Source: Lachnospiraceae bacterium (GTDB lineage Bacteria > Bacillota > Clostridia > Lachnospirales > Lachnospiraceae). From it: DNA of 64,000 nt. Below the pieces are notes generated by a model. That model searched no databases. It worked only from the letters and a program-made list of their open reading frames with translations, and was not told where the DNA came from. Of this stretch, positions 44,508 through 53,826 are shown piece after piece. The DNA is taken from the NCBI GenBank assembly GCA_045112155.1, contig JBGUHN010000043.1, forward strand, positions 617-64,616, given 5' to 3'. The stretch's first letter is position 1, and every line of letters begins with the position of its first letter. The translations under genes were made by a program, and so were the position numbers.

Positions 44508-44966
44508 ATGACAGATAAAGAGTTAAAACGAATAGGCCGAGCCGAACTCCTCGAGCTACTGCTCGCGCAGAGTGAAGAAAACGAGGCGCTTCAGATAAGA
44601 ATAGAAGAACTCGAGCAGGAACTGCGGCACCGTGAGATAATAATTGCAAATGCCGGCACGATCGCCGATGCAGCCTTTCAGCTGAACGGTGTATTCGACG
44701 CAGCGGGAGCTGCAGCTGTACAGTATCTTGAAAATATCAAACGGCTCAATCGTCAGCTCGAGCTGAAAGCTCAGGAGATGGGCATCAAAGTTGAGGATAT
44801 TGAAGTCCCGGGCGAAAAAGCAGAAGCAGAAAACGACAGCAACAGTGAGTCAGGCACAACACACACTGTGGTATCCGGTGAGGCGGCCAGTAATCTTGTG
44901 AGAGGATACTCTCTCACAGATCTGGAACGTTTGCTGGCACAGGAAAAAGGTGAAGACCTGAGGTGA
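44508..44966 (+). CDS. Small coiled-coil protein sharing the 'R..(D/E)LLE(L/M)L(L/V)....EN..L' module with the preceding protein
   Basis: 152 aa. 'RAELLELLLAQSEENEALQIRIEELEQEL' compares with 'RIDLLEMLVELGKENARLKAEIEDQ' in the 42388 protein. Confidence 0.55.
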   Translation: MTDKELKRIGRAELLELLLAQSEENEALQIRIEELEQELRHREIIIANAGTIADAAFQLNGVFDAAGAAAVQYLENIKRLNRQLELKAQEMGIKVEDIEVPGEKAEAENDSNSESGTTHTVVSGEAASNLVRGYSLTDLERLLAQEKGEDLR

Positions 44967-44974
44967 GGGAGCAC

Positions 44975-45574
44975 ATGGCAGAACAACAACGGATGCACAG
45001 AAGCGGCAGATTTGGGCCGACAACAGAGCAGATTCGTCACGAGTTGGAGAGGGTGCGGTATCGAAGGACATTTGCAAATACCCTCCGAAGCACTATTTTC
45101 ATTCTGATCGTCGTATCAGCATCAGCGGTCCTCATAGCGGTACTGCTCCTGCCGGTACTTAGAATTTACGGTCACTCAATGAACGACACATTGGATGAGG
45201 GCGATGTAGTTGTCTCCATCAAGGGAAGTTCGTTCAAGACCGGCGACATTATCGCCTTCTATTACAATAACAAGCTGCTTGTAAAGCGAGTAATCGGACA
45301 GCCGGGTGACTGGGTAGATATCGACGAGGCAGGAAACGTGTACGTCAACCAGGTCATGCTCGAGGAGCCGTACCTCAATTCCAAAGCCTTCGGCGAGACG
45401 AACATCGAGCTCCCCTATCAGGTGCCCGAGTCAAGAATATTCGTCCTTGGAGACAACAGGGACGTATCCATAGATTCGAGAAACACATCAGTAGGATGCG
45501 TTGCGGAGGAACAGATCGCCGGAAAGATTGTATTCAGGGTGTGGCCGATCGATAAGATGGGAATTATAAAGTAG
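44975..45574 (+). CDS. lepB: Signal peptidase I (S26)
   Basis: 'GHSMNDTLDEGD' (Ser box), 'VKRVIGQPGD' (Lys box), 'GDNRDVSIDSR'. N-terminal TM. The ORF opens at GTG 44963, overlapping the previous stop. Confidence 0.85.
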   Translation: MAEQQRMHRSGRFGPTTEQIRHELERVRYRRTFANTLRSTIFILIVVSASAVLIAVLLLPVLRIYGHSMNDTLDEGDVVVSIKGSSFKTGDIIAFYYNNKLLVKRVIGQPGDWVDIDEAGNVYVNQVMLEEPYLNSKAFGETNIELPYQVPESRIFVLGDNRDVSIDSRNTSVGCVAEEQIAGKIVFRVWPIDKMGIIK

Positions 45575-45946
45575 AAATCCTGCACTTCGAGCGGCGGCAC
45601 CCGGTCACATAAAACACGCTTAGATTGTACTAAAATAAATACAATATTTGGCACGATAAGTTTTCAAAAAGTGTATCATCAGTATCCTTTTTGTGTCCTT
45701 TTTGTGTCCTTTTTGGTGGTAGTATATTGAATAGATTTTTATCTGTATAACTATGTCCACAAAAGGGCTTGGCGGAATATCCGCCATCGAATATGCGTAC
45801 GATGAGTATCTGCTTAACGACAGAGGAAAGGGGTGCAGGCGTATAGATACGCAGCTCCAACAGGCATTCATAGGCATCTATTGCATCTGCAAATGCAAGA
45901 CTGCTGATGAGCATCGCGAAAAACCTGTATAAAGCAAGCGAAACAT

Positions 45947-46810
45947 ATGAGGAAATGGCTCAAAAAGCATCTTGTAAACATGATATTGTTCGGAATTATC
46001 CTGATAGGTCTCGGCCTGTTGGCATATCCGACATTTGCAGACTGGTGGAACTCATTCCACCAGGCTAGAGCAATCCAATCGTACGCTGCGGCTGTCGCAA
46101 ATCTGGACAGAGAAGAATATGACCGCATTATCTCAGCGGCTGAGGAGTATAACAAGGAACTTGCCCGGATAGGTCCCATCTGGAACATGACCCGGGAACA
46201 GATCCGGGAGTACAACGAAGAGCTGACAATCGATGAGAGCGGCATCATGGGCTATATTGATATCCCGAAGATAAACGTCAAGCTGCCGATCTATCATGGC
46301 ATTGATGAGGATGTCCTTAAGGTTGCTATCGGTCATATTGCCGGGACCAGCCTCCCCGTAGGCGGAGACGGTACACACTGCGTTCTCTCCGGACACCGAG
46401 GCCTTCCGAGCGCAAGGCTCTTCACTGACCTGGACAAGGTCGCTGAAGGCGATACGTGGACGCTGACAGTCCTCGACAGAACATACACATATGAGTGCGA
46501 CCAGATCCGAGTCGTCGAGCCGACGGACCTTTCGACTTTGGGTATGATAGATGGCAAAGACTACTGCACGCTTGTCACCTGCACTCCGTATGGTGTCAAC
46601 TCGCACAGACTGCTGGTAAGAGGACATCGAATTGCAAATGCATCCGGCGAGGCCAACGTCATCGCTGACGCCATCCTGATCGAGTCAGTGTACATTGCAC
46701 CGTTCATCGCAGTTCCGATGCTGGTCGTTCTGATCATCGAAATGCTGATTGTAACCGGCAGAAAACGCAGAAAGAAGGCAGCGATGGAGGCTCTCAAACG
46801 AGAAGTCTAA
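45947..46810 (+). CDS. srtC: Class C (pilus-type) sortase
   Basis: 'GHRGLPSARLF' and 'TLVTCTPYGVNSHRLLVRGHR' (TLxTC). N- and C-terminal TM segments. Confidence 0.85.
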   Translation: MRKWLKKHLVNMILFGIILIGLGLLAYPTFADWWNSFHQARAIQSYAAAVANLDREEYDRIISAAEEYNKELARIGPIWNMTREQIREYNEELTIDESGIMGYIDIPKINVKLPIYHGIDEDVLKVAIGHIAGTSLPVGGDGTHCVLSGHRGLPSARLFTDLDKVAEGDTWTLTVLDRTYTYECDQIRVVEPTDLSTLGMIDGKDYCTLVTCTPYGVNSHRLLVRGHRIANASGEANVIADAILIESVYIAPFIAVPMLVVLIIEMLIVTGRKRRKKAAMEALKREV

Positions 46811-47268
46811 TTCTTTGAGATTCTTTATAAAAAGCAAGTTGACGTTACTTGTACATTATTGGTAGTATTATAATGGCAAGTAATTGTATGGAATGATAAC
46901 GCTGACAATGATCTGTCGCGTTTATACGAATAATCCTAAGCTTTACTGCTGAAAGAGAGGGGTGGATGACTCCTATGATTGTAAAACTTGAGATACCGCG
47001 CATAAGGGGGAAACCCCATGAGATAAGGGAAACTATGAGGCTTGCTGTCATAGAGAGCAGGCGGGTCGCCATGTCGAACAAACAGAGGATACGGCGGTCA
47101 AAGACTCGAGAGAGAGTGTGGTTAAAATCCGCATCCCAAAATCCAAGATCTCCGAATGAGATATGGGGTTTTTAAGCAATAAATATATGTAACTCGTTGA
47201 CCAAAACACAAAATAGCATTTCCTATGAATTATAAAATAAATAAGGGAAATGGAGAAAGGAAAAGTTC

Positions 47269-48996
47269 ATGAAGAATCTTAAAAAAATCATGGCTCTGAT
47301 CGTTGCAATGGTAATGATCGTGGGCACAATGAGCAGCATGACCGTCTTTGCAGCTCAGGGCGCTGCAAAAGAAGACGGCAAAGTAGTCATCACAGGCTTG
47401 GATAAGGATGACACAGTAAAATTGTACAAGGTCATCGGCTGGACAGAGAGCACTGGCTGGGAACTTGAAGAGGGTTTTACAGTTCCTCAGTTTGATGGAA
47501 AACTTGGAACAAAGAATCAGGCTATTTCTATCGACACGGGTGTTGTCGAAACAATCAACGGCCAGATTACAGATACAATGGATCCGGTAGCAACCGCAAC
47601 TATTGATGCTTCCGGCAAGTTTGAAGCCGAAGTAGACCCCGGCATGTACATTGCCATTGTTACAGCCGCAACACCGGGTACAGTTTACAACCCGATCATT
47701 GTTTCCTCTGACTTCGTAGTTGATGGAAATTCTATCGATGCTTCTGCTGCTGATTCAGTTATCCCGAATTCCGTATCCGGTGCTGAAGCTGTTGCAAAGA
47801 AGAGCACACTTGAGCTCAAGAAGGAAGGCACAGACGAGACATCTGTCGATGGTAACAAGAATGAGACAGTAGCTGTTGGTGATACAGTCAATTTCAAGAT
47901 TGAGACAGAGATTCCTCCGTTCGCAACATACAACAACCCGATTTTCACCATCACTGATGAACTGTCTGATGGCATTAAACTGGGCGACGTAGAGACTATC
48001 GTAGTCACAAAGCCGGAAGGCGCTCATAGAGATACAGACTACACTGTTACAAAGGACGGTGATCATAAGTTCACAGTTAAGTTCGATAAAGATTATCTGA
48101 AGACAATTGCTGCAAATACTGATGTACAGATTGATTATCCGGCAACCATCACTTCCGATGCTGTAAAGTCTGTAAATCCGGAAAACAATACTGTAACTCT
48201 TGAGTATCAGAGAGATCCGAAGAGCAACAGTGATAAGACAACCGAGAAGGTTCGTGACATCACAAATCACTATTCCTTCACTATCGACGGTAACCTTCTT
48301 GGCGACGACAACTACAGCGCAACTGAAGTTGTCAAGGTTGGCGTATCCGCTGATGGCTCAGAAATCATTGAGAAAGTTACTCTTGCAAATCAGAACTCCG
48401 TTGGCGCTCTTGAGGGTGCTACCTTCAAGCTTGTTTATGCAGAAGCCGTTAAGGATAAAGATGGCAATACAGTACATGCTGCTAACGATATTGTTGAAAC
48501 ATATGACAAAGACGGACAGAAAATCACTTGGGATGATAAAAAGATCATCTCTGGCGCAGACGGACGTATCAACATTACTGGTCTTGATGCCGGCAAGTAT
48601 AAGCTGATCGAGGTTAAAGCTCCGAATGGCTACATCAAGATGCAGGAAGCTGTTGATGTCGAGATTCAGGCAACTGTTAAGAATGTTACTTATAAAGATG
48701 AAGACGGCTGCACAATCAACACAACTGAACTTGAGTCTTATAAGATCATCATTGGTGGCAAGGAAACAGCTAGCTACACAATCACAAACAGCAAGGACGT
48801 TACAAAGGCAACTTCTGACAAGGGCGATACTGTAGTTGGTATCGATGCAAGTTCCGGTAAGATCAAGAACACCAAGGGCGTTGAGCTTCCGAGCACTGGT
48901 GGCATCGGCACAACCCTGTTCTACATCATTGGTGCTATCCTTGTAGTTGGCGCTGGCATCCTCCTGGTAACACGCCGCCGCATGAGCGCAAAATAA
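47269..48996 (+). CDS. LPXTG-anchored pilin / Cna-B-type isopeptide-domain surface protein
   Basis: Signal peptide. C-terminal 'LPSTGGIGTTLFYIIGAILVVGAGILLVTRRR' sorting signal. 'GKYKLIEVKAPNGY' Cna-B-like domain. GGAGAAAGGA RBS. Confidence 0.8.
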   Translation: MKNLKKIMALIVAMVMIVGTMSSMTVFAAQGAAKEDGKVVITGLDKDDTVKLYKVIGWTESTGWELEEGFTVPQFDGKLGTKNQAISIDTGVVETINGQITDTMDPVATATIDASGKFEAEVDPGMYIAIVTAATPGTVYNPIIVSSDFVVDGNSIDASAADSVIPNSVSGAEAVAKKSTLELKKEGTDETSVDGNKNETVAVGDTVNFKIETEIPPFATYNNPIFTITDELSDGIKLGDVETIVVTKPEGAHRDTDYTVTKDGDHKFTVKFDKDYLKTIAANTDVQIDYPATITSDAVKSVNPENNTVTLEYQRDPKSNSDKTTEKVRDITNHYSFTIDGNLLGDDNYSATEVVKVGVSADGSEIIEKVTLANQNSVGALEGATFKLVYAEAVKDKDGNTVHAANDIVETYDKDGQKITWDDKKIISGADGRINITGLDAGKYKLIEVKAPNGYIKMQEAVDVEIQATVKNVTYKDEDGCTINTTELESYKIIIGGKETASYTITNSKDVTKATSDKGDTVVGIDASSGKIKNTKGVELPSTGGIGTTLFYIIGAILVVGAGILLVTRRRMSAK

Positions 48997-49171
48997 TCTG
49001 AAGAGTCAATTCTGAAGATTAGGTGTAGAAGCAACTAATTAGTTAAATAGAATGCACTGTAGTTGTTCTGGAAACTGTGGGCATCTTCAGTGCATTCTTC
49101 TTTCTGAAAAATTACGGGAAAGCCTTACAGAGGCTGGGCTTGTCTCCGCTTTGAGAGGTGCCGTGCTTAAA

Positions 49172-49205
49172 GCCTCCTCGGGTGTAATGCTCGGGGAGGC
49201 TTTTT
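49172..49205 (+). terminator. Rho-independent terminator after the pilin gene
   Basis: GCCTCC(T)CG ... CG(G)GGAGGC stem followed by TTTTT. Confidence 0.65.
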
Positions 49206-49262
49206 ATATGATAAGTCTTAGTTCCTGTCGGGAACGGGAGATAGTCGAAAGGAAACTTCCGC

Positions 49263-50753
49263 ATGGAAAAAACTTCATTTTTCACGGGAATTAAACAAGA
49301 AGTAAAGTCGTTTTTTGGAGCCGTTTCTAAGGCAAATGAAACAGTCTATCTTGTCTTACTGACTCTTTATGTCATTATTTATTTAATTCTGAAAGTCTTC
49401 TGGAATTCAAATGCTGACGGGATTGTTGCAACTATTAAGTATACCCTTCTTGGTGTTGTCATGTGGGGTGCAGCTGTCTATCTTTTTTTTGTAATAGCTG
49501 AATGGAAAAGTTTATGGAATGAGACTATATGGCTCATCCTTGTAGGGGTTGCTATCTTAGCGGCAACTTATTTTTTTAGTAAGAAGATGAGCACAAACTC
49601 TTATGAGGTTGTGATGGATATATTTTTCTGTATGATGGCATGCGGAAAGGATTATAAGAAAATCCTGCGCTGCATCCTTTGCGTTACAGTCGCAATGCTG
49701 ATTATTGCAGGAATTGGCATGCCGCTCGGCTTTACATCTGACGTCGGCAAACCGGACACAAGCGTACCTGGACACTCACTTGGAATTGAGTATCCTAACT
49801 CCTGGGGATACCTTGTGTTCTTAGCCCTGGCTCTTCTTTGGTATTTATATATCAGATTTAAACCGGCACTCACATTTATAGTCTTTTGGGCTGTCAGTGC
49901 GTTTATGTATAGCTACATAACCTGCCGAACGATAGCCGGAATTACAATCATTTTCCCATTTCTTGCTTTGGTTGTAAATTTCATAGAGAAGAGAATTGAC
50001 CGGAAGGTCGGCGAGGGCACATTTTATGGCAATAAGCCACTGCGATGGATCGTAACGGCTATTCCCTATCTTGCCTTTGCGTTCATGATGTTCTCAAGTA
50101 TGCAGGTCGATTGGTGGTACAAGTATTATCATGGACCCCTCAGAAATCTCGCATGGCGTTTTCTGATGGGTGGCCTTTATTTCAGGACTTACGGCATTCC
50201 TGTATTCGGAAATCCATATAGATCGAATGTCTATACTTATATAAATGTCCAGGGCGAATTCATTAAGGTGGGTATTCTCGACAGTTCATTTGCTGCCTAC
50301 CTGATCATGAGAGGCGCAGTATGGATGGCATATACACTGCTGTGGCTGTGCATAGCTCACTGGAAGGCTCTCAAAAAAAGAGATTATGCTATCATATTAA
50401 TCGGGACCATAATGCTGGGTTTTGCTATGATGGAACGTCCAGGACTTGATATGTGGTATAATTTTATTCTACTGTATCCGTTGGCTAAAGTAATCAGTAA
50501 GCCTGGAACAGAGGATGTACTGGAGTTTGCTGGTGTGGTAGAGCCCGAACATCATGGAGATACAGGGGAAATGCCAAGTCATGAGGATTCGTCAGACGTA
50601 CCTGAAATGAGGGCGGATGATGAGAAAGAACAGCTCAGTGACTTGGATACATCTGTCGCCATGGAGCCTGTGACAGAGGAAGGGATTGAACCGGAAATAG
50701 TAGACTTGGATACAACTGTTGAAACAGGACCAAAAGAAGAAGATACAGAGTAG
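49263..50753 (+). CDS. Polytopic membrane protein, possible polysaccharide polymerase/ligase-like, with acidic C-terminal tail
   Basis: 496 aa with 10 or more hydrophobic segments. Sits at the head of the polysaccharide locus. No diagnostic motif recognised. Confidence 0.35.
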   Translation: MEKTSFFTGIKQEVKSFFGAVSKANETVYLVLLTLYVIIYLILKVFWNSNADGIVATIKYTLLGVVMWGAAVYLFFVIAEWKSLWNETIWLILVGVAILAATYFFSKKMSTNSYEVVMDIFFCMMACGKDYKKILRCILCVTVAMLIIAGIGMPLGFTSDVGKPDTSVPGHSLGIEYPNSWGYLVFLALALLWYLYIRFKPALTFIVFWAVSAFMYSYITCRTIAGITIIFPFLALVVNFIEKRIDRKVGEGTFYGNKPLRWIVTAIPYLAFAFMMFSSMQVDWWYKYYHGPLRNLAWRFLMGGLYFRTYGIPVFGNPYRSNVYTYINVQGEFIKVGILDSSFAAYLIMRGAVWMAYTLLWLCIAHWKALKKRDYAIILIGTIMLGFAMMERPGLDMWYNFILLYPLAKVISKPGTEDVLEFAGVVEPEHHGDTGEMPSHEDSSDVPEMRADDEKEQLSDLDTSVAMEPVTEEGIEPEIVDLDTTVETGPKEEDTE

Positions 50754-50797
50754 ATAGAATAATTCGTGTTCGAGAATAAGCACCGGAGGCGCATACT

Positions 50798-52921
50798 ATG
50801 ATTAAACGAAATCAGGAGTATCTGAACCGCATAAACGCGGTCCTGGATTTCCTTCTTGTATTTCTTTCATATCTTTTTTCCGCATGGTTCCGCCTGAAGG
50901 TTCTTCACGGATGGTGGGAGAACCAGGGATTATCGCGCCCGATGATCATAGCATCCCTGTTCTATGCCGCCGGGCTTCTTATGATGCTCTCAATTCTCGG
51001 CTTCTATAATTCTACTCGTGTCCGTAAGCTTTCCTGGAAGCTTACCACCTTATTTATTGCGACCACGATTTCAATTTTTGCCGTAACGGCATTCATCTTT
51101 GTATTCAAAATCGAGGACGTATCCCGCGGTATTATCGCGATCTTTTACGTGCTGACACTGGCCCTCCTTGGCGGTAAGCAGATGTTGACGCGAGCCGTGC
51201 TGAATCAGCTGCGAAAGACCGGTTATAACATCAAGCACGAGATACTTGTAGGCACAGGAAAACTTGCAAAGCAATATCAGGAAGACCTGAGCAACGAGCC
51301 GGAACTCGGAATTCAGGTTGATAAAAGTGTGACGACGGACAGTGAACTGAAAGACGTTCTTAAGAGTACACACATCGATGAAGTTGTCATTGCACTTGAA
51401 CCGGAAGAATATGGCAACATCACGAAAATCATTGCTGTCTGTGAGAAGTATGGCGTCAAGTACTTCGTCATTCCGTTCTACAATGATATGATTCCTGCTC
51501 ACCCCGTGTTTGAGAGCGTCGGCAGGACCAGACTCGTCAATATGAGGGCAAATCGGCTTGAGAGCATAGGCTGGGCGGTTCTCAAGAGATCATTTGACTT
51601 TATCATGAGTGCGATTGGGCTGATCATACTAAGCCCGCTGCTTGCTTTTCTGGCAATTGGAGTGAAACTCAGCTCCCCGGGACCTGTCTTCTTCAGACAG
51701 GAGCGCGTCGGTCTGAACCGCAAGAATTTTGAAATGCTCAAGTTCCGGTCCATGGTCGTGAATGACACCTCTGACACAGCATGGAGCAAGAGAGGTGATA
51801 GTCGGCGTACAAAATTCGGTTCATTTATCCGCAAAACAAGCCTGGACGAACTGCCGCAGCTGATAAACGTCCTTAAAGGAGATATGAGCCTGGTAGGACC
51901 GCGGCCGGAGCTGCCGTACTTTGTGGATCAGTTCAAAGAAGAAATCCCGCTCTATATGGTAAAGCACCAGGTCAAGCCCGGCATAACTGGGTGGGCTCAG
52001 GTCAAAGGATACCGCGGTGATACCAGCATTAAGAAGCGCATAGAGCTTGATCTGTGGTATATTGACAACTGGAGTCCATTGCTCGATCTTCAGATTCTGT
52101 TCATGACTGTGCCGTGGGCGATGATCAATGACGAAAGATCCGTGAATGTTCGGGAATCCGACGTTAAGATCATCGTGGCAACCCATAAGCCCTATTGGAT
52201 GCCGTCAGATCCCCTTTATGTTCCGCTTCAAGTCGGTGCGGAAGGCAAAGAGAGCTTAGGCCTCACACCGGATAATACAGGAGAGAACATCAGCTATAAG
52301 AACGCCAATTACTGCGAGCTGACAGGTCTCTACTGGGCATGGAAGAATCTGCCCTGTGAATACCTTGGCCTGGCACATTACAGACGCCAGTTCACTATGC
52401 TTAAAGGGACAAGTGACAGAAGGGATGTGCTGACCTTGGATCAGGCCCAGCTGCTATTTGCAAATGTCGACGTTCTGCTTCCTAACAGGCGCAACTACTG
52501 GATCGAGACCAATTACAGCCAGTATGTGCATGCACATCACAAGGAAGACCTGGATGAGACCAGAAAAATCATAGAAGAGAAGTACCCAGAGTATATTCCC
52601 GCTTACGATAAATCGATGAAGAAGACCACCGGTCACAGATTTAATATGTTTATCATGAAGAAGGAATTGGCAGATGCTTACTGTGCATGGCTCTTCGATA
52701 TTCTCTTCGAACTGGAAAAACGTCTGGACATAAGCAGCTATAACAAGAACGACCAGCGCGTCTTTGGATTTGTGTCGGAGCGGCTGTTAGATGTGTGGCT
52801 GATGACCAACAATATCAAAAGCAAGGATATTCCGTATATCTTCCTTGAGAAGGAGAACTGGATCACTAAGGGCATCAACTTTATCATGAGGAAGATTGAC
52901 AGAAAACGGAAGGAAAGGTAA
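50798..52921 (+). CDS. Undecaprenyl-phosphate sugar phosphotransferase (WbaP/CpsE-type) fused to a DUF4422-type putative glycosyltransferase
   Basis: 'KRSFDFIMSAIGLIILSPLL..SPGPVFFRQERVG..FEMLKFRSM..DELPQLINVLKGDMSLVGPRP', then a C-terminal domain 'IIVATHKPYWMP..YVPLQVGA..NANYCELTGLYWAWKN..GLAHYRR'. Confidence 0.75.
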   Translation: MIKRNQEYLNRINAVLDFLLVFLSYLFSAWFRLKVLHGWWENQGLSRPMIIASLFYAAGLLMMLSILGFYNSTRVRKLSWKLTTLFIATTISIFAVTAFIFVFKIEDVSRGIIAIFYVLTLALLGGKQMLTRAVLNQLRKTGYNIKHEILVGTGKLAKQYQEDLSNEPELGIQVDKSVTTDSELKDVLKSTHIDEVVIALEPEEYGNITKIIAVCEKYGVKYFVIPFYNDMIPAHPVFESVGRTRLVNMRANRLESIGWAVLKRSFDFIMSAIGLIILSPLLAFLAIGVKLSSPGPVFFRQERVGLNRKNFEMLKFRSMVVNDTSDTAWSKRGDSRRTKFGSFIRKTSLDELPQLINVLKGDMSLVGPRPELPYFVDQFKEEIPLYMVKHQVKPGITGWAQVKGYRGDTSIKKRIELDLWYIDNWSPLLDLQILFMTVPWAMINDERSVNVRESDVKIIVATHKPYWMPSDPLYVPLQVGAEGKESLGLTPDNTGENISYKNANYCELTGLYWAWKNLPCEYLGLAHYRRQFTMLKGTSDRRDVLTLDQAQLLFANVDVLLPNRRNYWIETNYSQYVHAHHKEDLDETRKIIEEKYPEYIPAYDKSMKKTTGHRFNMFIMKKELADAYCAWLFDILFELEKRLDISSYNKNDQRVFGFVSERLLDVWLMTNNIKSKDIPYIFLEKENWITKGINFIMRKIDRKRKER

Positions 52922-52926
52922 ATTCT

Positions 52927-53820
52927 ATGGAAAAGGTTTGTGCCGTTATCGTCACATATAACCGGGTGACGATGCTTAAAAAGTGCCTCGATTCTCTTAA
53001 GCAGCAGACCGTTTCCTGTGATATACTGGTCATCGATAACGACAGCACAGATTCCACTGCGGAATATCTTGCCAAAAGAGATGACATAATTAATATTCGG
53101 CTGGATAAAAATCTGGGCGGGGCAGGCGGATTCAATAAAGGTTTGCGAAAGGCGGTTGAGCTCGGATATGATTATTTCTGGCTGATGGACGATGACGTTA
53201 TTCCTGATCCTGAAGCGCTTGAAAAGCTCCTTCTTGCAGACAAGGTACTTGATGGGAACTATGGGTGGCTGTCATCGGTTCCTCTCTGGACAGACGGAAA
53301 CGGCTGCAGGATGAATAAGCATAAGTTGAGTGGAGAGTTCTATGACAATATCGGTCTTTTGAAATATGGGCTGTTTAGAGCAAATCAGGCAACATTTGTC
53401 GGGCTGTTCATACGCCGGGCTACCATTTTATCAGCAGGCCTCCCCATAAAAGAGTTTTTTATCTGGGGAGATGACATAGAGTTCACGAGACGAATTGCTG
53501 TCAGGATGGGCATTCCCAGCTACATTGCCGGGCAGAGCATAGTTACTCATGCGATGAAGGATAATAACGGAAGCAATATAGCCCGGGACGGTGTTGAGCG
53601 TCTTTCAAGATATAACTATGCATACCGGAACGAAAACTATCTTTACAGAAAAGAAGGAATCAAAGGTTTTTGCTATTACTTTGCCAAGTGTGGGAAAAAC
53701 ATTGTATGTTCTCTTTTTTTGGCGAAAGATAACAAGCTGAAAAGAGTAGGGATTATCTTGAAGCAGTTTTTTACAGGTCTGTTTTTTAACCCGAAGGTAG
53801 AGTATATTGATCAAGAGTAA
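52927..53820 (+). CDS. GT2-family glycosyltransferase
   Basis: 'CAVIVTYNR..LKKCLDSLKQQT..ILVIDNDSTDST..NLGGAGGFNKG..WLMDDD'. Confidence 0.8.
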   Translation: MEKVCAVIVTYNRVTMLKKCLDSLKQQTVSCDILVIDNDSTDSTAEYLAKRDDIINIRLDKNLGGAGGFNKGLRKAVELGYDYFWLMDDDVIPDPEALEKLLLADKVLDGNYGWLSSVPLWTDGNGCRMNKHKLSGEFYDNIGLLKYGLFRANQATFVGLFIRRATILSAGLPIKEFFIWGDDIEFTRRIAVRMGIPSYIAGQSIVTHAMKDNNGSNIARDGVERLSRYNYAYRNENYLYRKEGIKGFCYYFAKCGKNIVCSLFLAKDNKLKRVGIILKQFFTGLFFNPKVEYIDQE

Positions 53821-53826
53821 GCGGAG

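Noticed and set aside
46966-47175. 69-aa ORF between the sortase and pilin genes
   Set aside because: It has no RBS and a highly basic, low-complexity product. The region is better explained as a leader.
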